This document shows, one piece after another, positions 26,070 through 48,985 of a DNA stretch of 64,000 bases. Location of the stretch: positions 9,796,001 to 9,860,000 of the forward strand of contig NC_047081.1 of assembly GCF_902459465.1 (NCBI RefSeq), in the 5' to 3' direction. Under the pieces are notes generated by a model. The model was given only the letters and a program-made list of their open reading frames with translations, was not told the origin of the DNA and searched no databases. Position 1 is the first letter of the stretch; each line of letters opens with the position of its first letter. Source of the DNA: Asterias rubens. Its lineage: Eukaryota. A program made the translations under genes and the position numbers.

Positions 26070-29000
26070 ACTTCTAACGTATGGTGAGACGGGATACCAG
26101 ATTACAAATTTTGATTTTTTTTAAAACTAAGTTTTTTTTATTTTATAGACTTTATTCATTTTTTATTCTCTGTGCATTTTCCTGCAGTTCGACCCTTGGT
26201 AGTCATGGGAAATGTGTTTTTAAAGAATAAACCATTAATGGGAAATATATTTTCAAAGAGTAAATCATTAATAAATGAATGAATAAATACCCTAGTTTAG
26301 GCATTCCTATTGGTTAAAAGGGGTCACCTGAACATTCTTAAGCATCCATTAAAACCTTGCTCGGTCCTGGCCCCCGGATAACGGACATCGCCTTTGGCTC
26401 TGTCCTTTACAACACAGCCATGGCCCTGCCAATTTTAAACGCTCAGTTAAGACCTTCTCGCTTACTCTTTCATTCCCTTCTTAAACTTTTGAATCCGTCG
26501 GAATATTCAACTGCCTCTCAATACCTTTTTTAACACGCAAGCCCCTGCTCTCATTGCTTTTAGGGAGTATGTTGGTTCGATTCCTGGTTATGACACTTGT
26601 GTTCTTTTGCAGAGAGCTCAACATGAATTGCTTCTCTTCATCCAGGAGTCAATGGGCTAGCAAAGGCTCCATACTGCACCGGGAGCCGAGGAAATTCTGA
26701 GAATGAACTGACCCGATGACATGGGTAGTATCTTGTACAGGTACACTATGTGGTATTTATACTAATTATAAATGCATTGTTAACTGTAATACTTGTGCTT
26801 TCAGATTTATTTTTTTTTTAAAGAAGGGACATCTTTGGTTACAATCTTGGCCTAGGAAGTTGTGCTTACTGGATTGTGTTCTAAGCAATAATTAGCCGGG
26901 GACCATATCCGATTAGGTCAGTAATATCCTGCTAAGCAACTTATTTTGTGCTTAACCAGTTGTGTGCTTTTAGTGAAATTTGGTACCTGGTTCAAATATA
27001 ACCACTCTTTAACTCTTTTTCGTTTATGAGTTCCAAGTAATCACTAATTATCGTCAAATTTTCCAGTTTTCGCATCTTGGAAGTTTAGACTGCAATGTTC
27101 CTAAAATCAATGATGTTCCTTCTTCGTGAATTGCAATTTATTTATCACTTTTATGAACCAAAATTGTTTTTTGTAAACTTGTTATTCCTGAGAGAAGTGG
27201 AGTTTGTGTATGAAACTCTAGCGTTAGTTTGTAAATAATTCTTACACTGGTCTCTGTAGACCCATGTGGATTGTGCAGCTTACTTGACTGGAATCCCTTT
27301 GTAAATTGTAACCTTAAAGCTTTTAAAAGCAGCATCGAGTAGTGCTTAGCAGATTTCTTTGCTAAGCAAAAATTAGTGGGGCACCAGTTGCAGCAACAAT
27401 GTCAACACTGTGGAATTTTGGCTGGTAACCAGTTTCTGTGCTTACCATTCAGGCAAGTGATTCCTCAGGTTTTTCCTTGACTCAGAATATTTCTCAACCT
27501 CCCTTTGAGTATTTAAATTTTCTTGAAAGAATTAAAGCAGTTATCAACAGGAGTAGGAGATAGTTCTCATAATGTCCAAACCGGCAGTTTAGGAATTCTG
27601 GTGATTTCTGGTAATTTGCAGAGTCTATAAACCTTTTTGCAAGACACAAACCTTGTTGAATGATCAATCTCGTTGGAACTAAACCCCTTGACATCAACAC
27701 TCCACTCCAGTAATAGTGTTAAGGGGGTTTTGCTTGCTTTCAAACAGCTGTACGAAATGGGGGTGACCTTTCTCAGACTAGTTAAAGAGTAAAAAACTTT
27801 ACCCCCCCCCCCACCCCCAATAAAAAAATATATTACATTCTATGAAATGTTAGGCTTTGCTTAAAATGTATTTTAAAATGCGATAATATTTACTTTAAAC
27901 CTAGCTTACAACATATTTTAAAATGATATCTATATATATCGTAGGGGTTGTAAAAAAACCTATTTTATGTTGTGTGAGGCAAGTGCTTGAAAATCATAAC
28001 AAATTGCTTCCAAGATTTAAATTTATTGATTTGCTATCGTGCTATATAATATAAAGATGTAGGTAATCATACCTATGCACTAGATACAAACTGTTACTTA
28101 ACTTTACTGTCTCAGACAGATTCATTTTGCTTATTTACATTTAAATACAAATATATATATATATATTTATTTGATCAAAAACTCACAAGGACTGCACAGA
28201 AATTCTTGACAATGCTAATTAGCCTTTCAAATGAAAAAATGCTAATGACATTCACTCATGCGAACAGACTTGGAGCAAGTTTGAGCAAGGGACAATAGTC
28301 AACGATTTGGGGATGTTGCCTGGTACCCAGGATGTATTGCATGCATAGGTAACCATGGAACATTGCATTGTGGTATTTTGATGTACCTAGCGTCTGCTAG
28401 GAGCTATAGGGTCATTAACTGCAACTTCATATTCCTAGTCATTGAAAGGTCATTAAATAAAAAATTGCATATAAATGTGAAAAAATGAACCACAATCAAC
28501 AAATGAACTGTCTTATTTAGAAATTGAAAGGTTGTTTTTGCCAAACAAACACTTTGAAGACCATTCTTGATCAATAAACCTTATTTACCGGGTGCTTCAA
28601 AATATGCAAAATATTTTATAGAGCTGCTCAAGCAGAAAATGTAGCCATGCATAACAAACATAGCCTTACCAGATATAAGGGTACCCAGCCAAACTACCAT
28701 GTCACAAGTACAATTTATGATTTAGCAGACAACTGTTAAAGGATTTTAATTATGCATCAGGGATTTTGGTTTTACCCATATACACCAGAGATTATAATGC
28801 TTAATGGAACACGTTGCCTTGGATTGGACGAGTTGGTCTATAAAAAGCGTTTGTAACCGTTTGTTATAAAATGCATATGATTAGAAAGATATTTTAAAAG
28901 TATAATATAATGACCAACACAAGTATCACTCGAAATTGCGTGGTTTTCCTTTTACCTCGTCGACAAACACGGTCTGCCGTTTATGGGAGTCAAATTTTTG

Positions 29001-29591
29001 ACAGCAATTGCCACGGTACCATGTGCTTTTGCTGCGGTGCCCTTTACAAAGTTCCAACAATGTATATTATATGGCTCTTTGGTTCCAATACAAATTAACA
29101 TTTTCCTCATACTAGAAATGCCCCTTACCGGAGGAAAAAATGCTGAGCCCCTTCAAAAAAAAAATTCAAAGGCCTGAGCTTTAACTACTTATTGTTACTC
29201 AAACAATGCACCACTTGTCATGATTATAAACTACATATCAATTATAATGTATGTAACAATAAGCCAGCCAGTTTGAATAACTGTATTAAATTAACAATAA
29301 TGTATAAAGTTTACTCGGATGGTGAATGTTTTCCTTTTTAAACAATTTCCTTACAGCCTTGGGCTGCCTTGGCGCTCCAAAGGCTTTTTCATGCGCAATA
29401 TAAACCTCTACCCTCCCAGGTACCCATTTATACCCCTGAAGGAACTAAATTAGTTGAGACTGGGAACTAGACCAGCCACATAAGACGACAGTGAATGTGA
29501 ACATTAAACTGTAGTGCACCAAGGCCACTGATAAAGGCTTCTATAAATTGTTAATTTGTTTTTAATATAATATATAAATAAATTATACTAA

Positions 29592-29970
29592 AGGCAGTGG
29601 ACACTATTGGTAATTGCTCAAAATATTTATTAGCATAAAACCTTACTTGGTAATGAGTAATGGGGAGAGGTTGGTAGTATACAACATAGTGAGAAACGGC
29701 TCCCTCTGAAGTGCCATAGTTTTCGAGAAAGAAGTAATTTTCCATGAATTTGATTTTGAGACCTCAAGTTTAGAATTTGAGGTCTCGAAATCAACCATCT
29801 AAACGCACACAACTTCGTGTGACAAGGGTGTTTTTTTCTTTCATTATTATCTCCCAAGTTCGATGACCGATTGAGCTCAAATTTTCACAGGTTTGTTATT
29901 TTATGCATATGTTGAGATACACCAACTGTGAAGGCTAGTCTTTGACAATTACCAATAGTGTCCACTGCCT
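29592..29970 (+). mobile_element. Kolobok/T2-type MITE
   Basis: Both TIRs present; CTAA/TTAA flanks. Confidence 0.85.
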
Positions 29971-30084
29971 TTAAATATAATATCCAAATAAATTATGTTA
30001 AAGGAATAAGTTAATAGTTGGATTGGCAGGTCTTTGGAAAATGTAGAGATGATTTATGAAAAGAATTTTTTTTTTGATAATTGC

Positions 30085-30250
30085 ACTGGGTTCTTTTACA
30101 TGCGTTACACAACACACAGGACCAATCATGGCTTTACATCCCATCCGAAAGGACGAAGCGTCATGGTTATGTGTCTTGCTTTAAGGACACATTTATGTCA
30201 CGACTGGGACTTGAACCACATCCAGCTGATCATAACCGCTAGGCCATGAC
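30085..30250 (-). mobile_element. tRNA-derived SINE
   Basis: Minus-strand B-box GGTTCAAGTCC followed by GCAAGACAC...GCTTCGTCCTTTCGGATGGGATGTAAAGCC body, homologous to the interrupted copy at ~2790-3190. Confidence 0.6.
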
Positions 30251-30850
30251 ACGTCATTACGCGGTTTTGCCGTAGTGTTTTCTGTTCTGACAACACATTT
30301 TGCTAAGCAATTAAGATTGATACACATTTAAGATCTTCAATCTTGAAGCTCTTTGTGAATTCAGCCCCAGGATGTGATAATAAAGTCCTTAAAACGTTAA
30401 CTGCACCGAGTTTCAATATAAAACAAATTAATTAAAAAGTATTTGAATATTTAATGCTGAGACCATAGTAAACAAAATTGAACTTCACATTATTTAGTCT
30501 TCCACCACCATGAAAAAACTACACATAAATACACCATTCATGTTAGGGAGCGTCTCAAAAGTTGCAACGGTAGGAACGTAAATTTTGGATCAGTAGAGTA
30601 TTCCAGTGCGGGGCTGTATGCTTCGTTTTTGAAAGGGCAAGGGCACCAAGGCATTTTTTTCTCAGTACCTCCGTGAAGTATCAGGCCTGCCAGTGGGCAT
30701 CTATGGAGTGGTCCATTGGACCTTCTTCGCACCTAGAACATGTCTGACCTAAGAAGCTCCCTTACAATAAATTTTTGATGAGTTTACATCCAATTATTAT
30801 TTAAAATATTCTTATTTAATATAAATGCTTCAACTAAAAAGAGAGCAATG

Positions 30851-32497
30851 TTATGGTTGTATCTTGAGCGTCGACTCCCACACCGTCGACAGTCCAACAA
30901 GCGAGCTAATAAGGCCACAAAGTCCCTGGACTCCAACTGGAATTGGGAGATATCCAAGACTTGAAAGCGGAAGGAATATATCAGCCGTGTTCTTCACTAA
31001 ATCCAGAACGACTGGCATGTTTTGCTGAAGGCAAAGGATCACAAAGTCCAACTGACTACTGTTATTATTGGTGGATAAATGCTGCGAGTCTCGGCCATCT
31101 ACCCCGTTGGAAGTGTAGTGATTCCCGATCCCGCCGCCGCCGACGCGCTTTGCGTAGAGGGCCATCGCGTCGTTCAGCACGTTTGAGAGTTCGTAGAGAT
31201 CCCTTGACAGGTTCAGGATGAGAGTGGCCAGCCAGAATCGGGTGGAGAGGTTTGAGAGCCGCTTGCTGTCGACCTCGACGAGACCGATGCGATGCGCCCA
31301 CAGGGTGTGGTCTATCAGGAGGTAGACTGACTGGTTGAGTTTGGCGAGAGTGATGGTGAAGCTGAGGAAGACGTCCGGTAAATGGATTGTCTTCATTGCT
31401 GCGGTGATTGCGTCAAAACTCTTTCCGAAGCGAAACACTGAAAATTATATTAACAAAATAAATTTGGTTAAGACTTATTTTATCACATGAACACCTTGGT
31501 ATCGCTGGGCAATCTGATTGGTGTAAAAAACTGTAAGTGCCTCATCTTCCACCTTTGGGACCATGGTTCGAATCCAATCGGGGGCACTATGAAGATGGAG
31601 TTTTCAGACCCTACTTGAGTGCGTGGGTTTTCCCTGGAGTAATTCTTGGGGTTTTCCTCCCACATCTTAAACTGAAAGTTTCTACGTTGTCTGCTCTCTT
31701 CTCCTTTGGCTCTTGTAAGAGTGTTGAGAATATATCCAGATCTAGATTGCCAACAATATCCCGCTATCCAGTTTTCCTTTTCCTTTTTTTATTATTATAC
31801 AAAATACAATAATAATAATGCAGAAGAGCTTATGAAGGTTATATTTCTGGCTACAAATGTTACTGGCCAACACATACGGTTATCAGAAAATGTATTTTAT
31901 TATATTAAACTTTAAAATGGAGCACTCCCCAACCCTGCCCCTTTGAGTGATTTCATTTTGAGGCACAACGTCCCAAACCTACATTTCCTACTAGTGCCGA
32001 TTGTTTTCTCCAGCGTCTTGACTTTCCTGATAAGGTCTGGATCCCCGCTGCCCTGTTCAAGACACCACCATAGGAGCTTACTACCATACTGACAGGTTCT
32101 GTTAAAAAGAGAAATGAGAATGTGTCAGGACTATGAAGCCCTTCCACGGCGTGACTGTAGACCTTTCCTTTGTGGCATGCAGCTAGAATTTTTGATAGCA
32201 CATATGGGAGACCTTATGGAGACCAAGGAGCCTTTGTTGCCCCTGCTCTTGGCCTTAGTGCCCCTTCAGAAGTTCCCCGCAAAACAATTTGCTAAGTACA
32301 GACAAATTTTGCTTACCTGAAACTGGTTACCAGCCAAATTTCCACAAAATTCAAATTGTTGCACCTTGTACCTTTTCTAAGCAGTATTTTCTGCTAAACA
32401 GCTTTATGATAAGGCACTTGTACCTGTAAAATTTGTCCCTTCCAGCTGTCTGTCCACTAAACGTGATGATCTTCTTAGTTAAGTCCTTCGACATCAT
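30851..32497 (-). CDS. PEX11: Peroxisomal membrane protein PEX11 (alpha/beta pro-ortholog), 3 coding exons, 258 aa
   Basis: Exons (minus): 32497-32424, 32098-31983 (116 nt, as in human PEX11), 31437-30851. Motifs: QTAGRDKFYRTCQY, TSRKLFRFG, DLVKNTADIFLPL, GLCGLISSLVG. An acceptor near 32560 implies an upstream non-coding exon. Confidence 0.92.
31500..31665 (+). mobile_element. tRNA-derived SINE-like fragment in PEX11 intron 2
   Basis: Perfect B-box GGTTCGAATCC at 31565-31575; no complete cloverleaf. Confidence 0.5.
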
Positions 32498-32756
32498 GGT
32501 CTTTCGATGATTTCAAATTTCCTCCGAGCCTAGATGAAGAACTACCTTAACCTAAGAACTGAAAGAGAACACAGAATAAGCCTTCATTCCATTTGGATTG
32601 TCATGCACAAATTTCATATTAGTTTTATTAGACTGTACTCTGGCTAAATAAAAAATATCAATACAAATCAATTACATAAAGATACAAAGAAGCAAAATAG
32701 CTTTTAAAAAATACCAAGCCAGTGAGTGAGTTGCGAGGAGCAACAGAGGTGACCAG

Positions 32757-32973
32757 GGCCCAATTTCATAGCTTAGCATGACATTTCTCCCTGGATAAAA
32801 ACAGGAATGTCAATCAAATTCCCACATGGTTTTTAGGACAAGCAAACAGCAGCTGAATACCAATATCAAGAAATATCCCACAAACGGAATTGGCTGGTAA
32901 CCCTGTTTTTATCAAGGAAGAAATTTAATGCTAAGCAAATTTGTGTGCTTAGCAGCGCTATGAAATTGGGCCC
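32757..32973. mobile_element. PIF/Harbinger-type MITE with direct CAG target duplication
   Basis: cag-GGCCCAATTTCAT ... ATGAAATTGGGCC-cag. Confidence 0.7.
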
Positions 32974-33849
32974 AGCACCTCTACAAAGCCGTCCTGCCAC
33001 AACTTACAAGCTACAAGAAGTTCAATATCAATGCATAAAATACTGGTCCAGTAATTCATCATTGACTACAATACAACAGAGATTTGTTATCAAGAATTTT
33101 TGCATCTTTTTTAAAGAGCAAATAAAAATGTAATCCAAGATAGTGAATGAGCCTAGATAAGGTCGCATTATATTTGTAACTCCATTTGATTTAAAGGGTT
33201 TACGTACAATTTGTAGGACAAGGACATAAAACACAATACAATGTCCACAGATTTACTCTTTGAAGATATGCTGGTATACCACTCCTAGAACTATGAGGTT
33301 CTTTCCGCTACGGAACGAATCTATTAGCCTAAGAGAACTGGTATACCAGCAGCACTAATATACATTGTACATGCTAAAATAAAAGTTGTCTCCTACCCTA
33401 AAACGCAACCTAATTACGTGCATTGTGTTACTCATTTCTCAAAATGAACAGCACCTCATCAGCAAGTATTTCTTTGAGGAAAGATTTCTGCCAAAGTTGT
33501 AAATCTGCGGACTCTGACATGTCCTACAAATACAAAAACAAGACTCAAACCCTCATTTAATGTCTTAATACGTTTGTAAACGGGGTTCAATGACAATGTT
33601 CTTTACTCTGACGTGGAGCAATAAACAAGATTTTTGCTCAATGCTTTAAGAAATTAGAAAGTAGACACTATCACCATGCATTTAAAAACCATGATGGAAT
33701 TTTTGTTTTTTGGGAAACAAATACACATTACTGTTTAGTGTTTACTTTTACAACTTTGTCTAGACCTTCATCGTCCGTCATTGTCGTCTGCTATTTTTAC
33801 TTTGAACACAGAAAATTTTAACTTCACAATCACATTCACAAGAGTTTGC

Positions 33850-34719
33850 ACTGGAAATTTCAGTAGGACTGTTATTATTACGTAATGACTGACGGTCCCC
33901 ACCTACCCCTACTTCTAGAACTATGCGGTTACTAAATACTACAGTTAGTAGTTGCGATAATGTAACCCTCCTCCCGACGGCCGCATCGCAACGAACTATG
34001 CGGTTACGGGAGACGATAGCGAAACAACGAAACCGCATAGTTCTTGGAGTAGCGTCCCCACCTAGGTAGTAGTTACTAGTACTGTCCAAGTTTCAAACCA
34101 AGAAAGAAAGAAAGACTAAGTCAAAGAGGGAATACCGTTATTACGTAATACAAACCATTGACGGTCGCGCCTCCGTGTCAACAAACACAGTTCTTATATT
34201 CATCGGGTCCTCAGAACAGAGTCAGAGAGTAAATATCAACACCACCGTACACCACCGAAGTCTCAGCCAGCAAGTATATTCTTGCTTCTAACCCCTAGCC
34301 TATAGTCATATATTTTTAGTGTTTAATACGTCTGCAGACTACATGTACCTGCAAACAAAATTAATGTGTCGCCCCCATTTCAATCCCCATTTCCCCCCGA
34401 TTTTTCCACGAGACCGCCAATGTGTCACAGCGCCACCACGCGACGCGGAAATAAAACAATAAAAAGAGAAATTTAGACTGGCGCCCTGTCGTCTGCCACT
34501 TTTTAGGAAGTGACCTTTTCAAGCATGGCCAGCATGCGTGCAAAGCGCGCGTGGCGTGGTTACCGTTTAACTCGATTACACACAAATCGGCGGCATTATT
34601 TTTGTGTGGGTCCAAATTTAGTCGCGATTCACGCAAAATCACCAGACACAGTTCAACTTGTTACGTAATACACGTACACACACCGTGTTTACCTTTTAGT
34701 GATAACATCTTCTGGTGAT
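33850..34719. promoter_or_regulatory. CpG-enriched bidirectional promoter region PEX11/ADK
   Basis: Divergent genes. Locally CpG-rich (34340-34700). Three TTACGTAA palindromes at 33878, 34141 and 34661. Confidence 0.55.
33906..34053. mobile_element. Foldback element with ~22-bp TIR and 11-bp flanking direct repeat
   Basis: CTACT(T/C)C(T/A)AGAACTATGCGGTT inverted ends; GTCCCCACCTA at 33895-33905 and 34054-34064. Shares modules with 21187-21345 and 21637-21698. Confidence 0.65.
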
Positions 34720-44165
<9,446 letters not shown>

Positions 44166-45077
44166 TTCAAATCCACTCAACATTCATCGTAAAAATTGTT
44201 TATTAAAAAAATTAGGAAAGCCCCTCTCCTATTTGTCAAGGTTGTAATGAGAAGAGTCAAATACATTTCAAGATTGACCGGTGCACTGCCAAAACAATCA
44301 ATAGGGGACTTTTGAGATGTCGGTGGCAGCAGACATATCGGTACTTTTTTGCGACTCTGAGCGTGCGCGCGCAGGCTCAGTATTGCGTGCATAAGTCAGA
44401 GCGCGCGAACTACCGTGATAAAGAACCGTCTAAAAGTCTCCCGTTCTTTAGATTATGTTGAAAATTGTTTTAAAATTTACGTGGTGGTGGGCTTCGATAT
44501 AAATTCATGTTTGGTTCAGTTGTCGAACTTTGTGGGTAGATAACAGTGTTCTGGCTTATAGAGGCAGTTGAGGAAATAAAATAACCATACCCTATTTGCA
44601 TACAGGGGTACATCTCAACAGTGCATTACCATATTACATTGCCCCTTGCAAAATCAGTTTCTATTTTACAGCATTGATTGGCATGAGTTTTGGGAAGCCA
44701 TTTGATTTATAAAAGTCTTGCCTTTTATTGTGTATCGAATAATCCCTTTGTTGCTTTGAAGTTCGCCAACTTGTAGGGCAGACAGTATGTGCGTTAAAAT
44801 GCGTACATCAAAGAAGTACGCAGCGTTCCCGGTTTGATTTCTACGACACCTGCATGCACACCTACACGCACACACTCACACAGGCATGTGTATGGTGCAG
44901 ACCAAGGACTTCTCTTCGTTCTCCCATTGTTTGGACATAGTTTGGTTTTCAGACGTCCCCATTGGTTTTGTACACAAAATCTACTGAGGACTGTCCCCGG
45001 TGTGACTTTTTCCCCGGATCCCTTTTGTTAAAGTCCTCGATTATCAATAGTAGACATGCCCACAAACACCTGTTGTC

Positions 45078-45329
45078 CTTTCTGTTGTTCCCGTATTGAA
45101 GCAATCCCTATTGGTTTTGTACACAAATGACTAGTGAGGACCCATGAAAACAAAGAACCGACTAGTGAGGACCTATTGCATACACACAGTCGTGTTTGAC
45201 CATTACGTTAGAGGACGCCTAATGTACTTTCTGTTGTTCCCGTATTGAAGCAATCCCGTTTGGTTTTGTACACAAATGACTATAGTGAGGACCCATGAAA
45301 ACAAAGAACCGACTAGTGAGGACCTATTG
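45078..45329. repeat. ~101-bp direct duplication with internal GACTAGTGAGGACC repeats
   Basis: 45078-45178 vs 45227-45329. Confidence 0.8.
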
Positions 45330-46579
45330 TCCCTGTTGAAACAAGTCCTCGGAGAGTAGGCCACACAAACCCCATGTTGTAGGGCAGATTTTTGAATGGT
45401 GATGTCATATTCAATACGGTCTATACTGGCTTATAATGTTGAGCTAGCTTTCTCTTCTACTCTAAACTTGGGTTCCTTTTGTTGTTCATTTTGTTGTTCA
45501 CTTGCAGACACCACCTGTATGGATACTTATATTTTATTTTGTCAGAATGCTATTTTACACAATTTGAATGTTCAATCAATTATCAAACAACTTAAAGTTG
45601 TTGAGTAGATTATAATCTTTGAATGTATTCTTCTGGAAATAAATTACCTAAATGGTTTGATGTCGAACAAAGGAAACATTTACTTGGGCGGGATTTGAAC
45701 CAATGACCTCTGGTTTAATGTGACGGATGTTGTTGCTTCAGATACCGCTTTTGTCAATTTTTCTTTGTCCAACCCCAAACCATTTCTTAAAAATAACTCA
45801 GTTAGTTTCCCTTGTGATTTTTAATTTTATAATTGAATTAAATGGTAATGAAACTCTGTGTTTTCCCTTAGCAACTTGTTAATGCAGGGTTGTCTATTTG
45901 TCTACACTTTTTGGGGGGAAAAAAATAAATTTGTAAACCAGTATTGTCTCAACATTTGACAAAAAAATAGGTTAGTGGGATCCAATCATACCAAATGCAT
46001 TGTTGTTTTAAAACTATCGTAGTCTAGGCCCTCAAAATCTTTTTATTAGTGACATTTTAGGATGCAATTTGTCACAACCTAGGGGCTCTGTGCTTAAACT
46101 TTTGAGTGGATTTGATCAATTTAAGCTCTAAAGACGGTCCTGTTTGACTTAGGAATGGAAGGAATGCCTAGTGGCAGCAAGTCGGTCTGGGGAAAAACAT
46201 TTGGTTTTTTTTTTTCCTGGGGGTATATTGCACAAAATTCCAAACGGCTTACCTGCCAAAATTAAAAGAAACCTAAAGGTTGCCTTAAAATATATTGGTC
46301 TTCAAGAGGCTGACAGAATAAATTTGTTCGGTTTTTAAGAAGCTTTTTGAAATTTTTAATATTTCGAATTGATTGCCAAATGCTACAAAAAAAAGATGGT
46401 GCACTCTCAATACGGCGAAAATGTACAATAGCGCCCTCTTTTGAATCAATTTCTCATTCAGCCCAGACACATGTGATGATACCCCAGTTTAAAAAACTAA
46501 AGCGACAAGACCACCAAAGTATAGTTTTCAACAAATAATTGAGGTTGATTGGTTGTCAGCTTATCGCTCTTGTGAAAAC

Positions 46580-46821
46580 TGGGCCCAATTTCGTAGAGCT
46601 GCTAAGCAAAACAAAATAATTGCTTAGCATGAAATGTCTTCCTTGAGAATAGGATTACCAACCAAAATTTCAAATTGTTGCATATTGTTTGTTGCTGGTA
46701 TTTTGCTTATCCTGAAAATCATCCGAAAATTTGGTTGGTAACCCTGTTTTTATCAAGGCAAAATATTATTGTCATACTATAGGCAATGTTTGTGCTTAGC
46801 AGCTCTATGAAATTGGGCCCA
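46580..46821. mobile_element. PIF/Harbinger-type MITE
   Basis: GGCCCAATTTCGTAGAGCTGCT ... AGCAGCTCTATGAAATTGGGCC. Confidence 0.7.
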
Positions 46822-48920
46822 GATCAGAACCATTGACACTTCGACAGAGGCAAGTGGCGGGTTGCAAGTTGTTTTTTACGATAATAGGAGGGATATTTTT
46901 GAGTGAGTTTTCATTGCAAGCACCGTACTGATAATAAGTTAATGGGTCTAGCCATACAGAGTAAGTCTCTGCCCTTAGGCCTACTCTATCTCCATGGTCT
47001 ACCTCCAACGCATGAACTACCAAAATATTGAATGCTGGTTATAAACACTTTCGGGAATAATAATATTTAAAAAAAACAATCAAAACATATTTTGTTTACA
47101 ACACCTTTTTTTTTTGAAGTTTTTTTTTTCTTTTCTTTTTTCTGGGGGGGGGGGGGATATAATGCATTATTTGGACAAACTTTTCACAAGGTTGCGCGGT
47201 TATAGGAAAAGATATCAAATTGTTATAATTTGCAGTAGGCCTATCTCTGAGATTACTCGGTGTATTCCAGTTGCAGATTCTTCTTCTTGAATGGACACTT
47301 CGATCCCCTTCCTCCATGGTGGACCTAATCCCCACTCCAGATTTCGGCATATAAATCTCAAAAACGATAACAACCATATTTTTTTAATATGTCCCATATG
47401 TTACATAGCATAATTATTATGGATTGAAACAAACGGTAGTGAGTTCCAATTTACCAAACGTAATTATTCCTTATAGGCCAATTTATATTTCTTGGAGGAA
47501 AAAGATGCATTCATGACTTTTAGTATCATCATGACTATTAAGTTTAGACCAAAGTGATATATAAAATCAAAAGTAACTCGATAGTCAATCAACATTACAG
47601 TTGTGACACAATTTCTAGAAATGGTTGCACCAGTCCCAATACAAATTTAGCTGAAGATAATTATGGAGCAGTAAAAAAAAGAGAGAAAAAAAAAAGTTTA
47701 CAGTCGAACTTCCAATTCCGGCGGGCAACACTCTTGCTTTATCGGCAACGAAAATTAGTGCCAAATATCCGTTATTCTGGGCAAATAAACATGTTAATTT
47801 GGACAATAAACTTAATAACACTTCATTATTTATTATATGCCAGCTTTATAGGCTAATCAAAATCACCTGGAATGTAAAATTAGATTTCAGAGAGAACTCA
47901 TCCGTTTTCAATGCTCTATGCGGGAACAAATCCAATTAGCAAGTAATTAATGCATTAATTACTTATGGCTTGATAGCGTAGGCCTACCACGAGGGAAAAA
48001 TTAACAACTTCCTTATTCAAGTTCAAACAAAATCAAACTATTCACACCGCAGCTTGAGCGCAAAACAGTCACTGTTATTATTCTGTTTAAACAGCGCCCC
48101 TCACTGTCTTGCCAAGAATTGCCGATCATTTTCCAGCGGGTCCGGATTGTAGAAACATAAATAATATGTTGGTTTAAGAATGGCACTGGGATACACTTTC
48201 AGGAATTTTGTGTTTATTTGTCCCATATTATAGATGTGCGTTCACCCGTGATAAAATTATCCACACGATGAGCCAAGAATCGAAGACAGCTAGCTTTATA
48301 CCCGATTAAAAAATTTTTAATTTCAACGAATATCTTTCCAAAATAATATTATTTTTCTTTGGTTCAAAAGAAGCTTCAAGGGATAATACCATGATATCAA
48401 ACGTGAACGCAGATTTCACAAGAATATGTAATAAGCCAATCAAATCATCTTTTGATCCATGCTTGTCCAATCATCTTGCGTAATACAAAAGATGTAGGCG
48501 TACGTTGGTTCATCTAGGACGGAATATAGTAAGAAGAACTTATACTGAAATTAATAGTATTTTATTGAATTGCATAGTTTGGGAATGATACATACTTTTG
48601 TTTATACAATTTGAACAATATTGTTTTAGAAAAGAGGATTTTAATAACCTCAATTGTTAGAAATGTACCTGTATTGTGTGGTAAGTCTATTTTTGTTTCA
48701 TCTTGTTTAAATTCTCCTTACCATACTTGCTTTTCGTGTTGTAAGTTTAGCAAGCAGTGGCGTATAGCCAAATTACCCATATCGACAAAAGTTACAAGGG
48801 GCGATTGATCAATTTTCTGTCGTTTTCATGCTTGAGTGCAGATTTATTACTTCTCAGAATTATAATTCAAAAAATCCCTTTATTTGGAACCAACCATGTA
48901 AATATGACTCGGTTTGATGT

Positions 48921-48985
48921 AAGATGGCGACGGTTATTATGCTTGGATTTGGAACCTTCTGTCAGCGATTTTATCGTCGTCTGCC
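48921..48985 (+). promoter_or_regulatory. Putative non-coding first exon of KAT6 with YY1 motif
   Basis: AAGATGGCG at 48921-48929, strong donor GCC|GTAAGT at 48986, and CCAAT motifs upstream (~48436, ~48467). Confidence 0.45.

Noticed and set aside
31500-31600. tRNA gene at the perfect B-box (also 41843, 36590, 26575)
   Set aside because: No complete cloverleaf or acceptor stem; consistent with SINE remnants.
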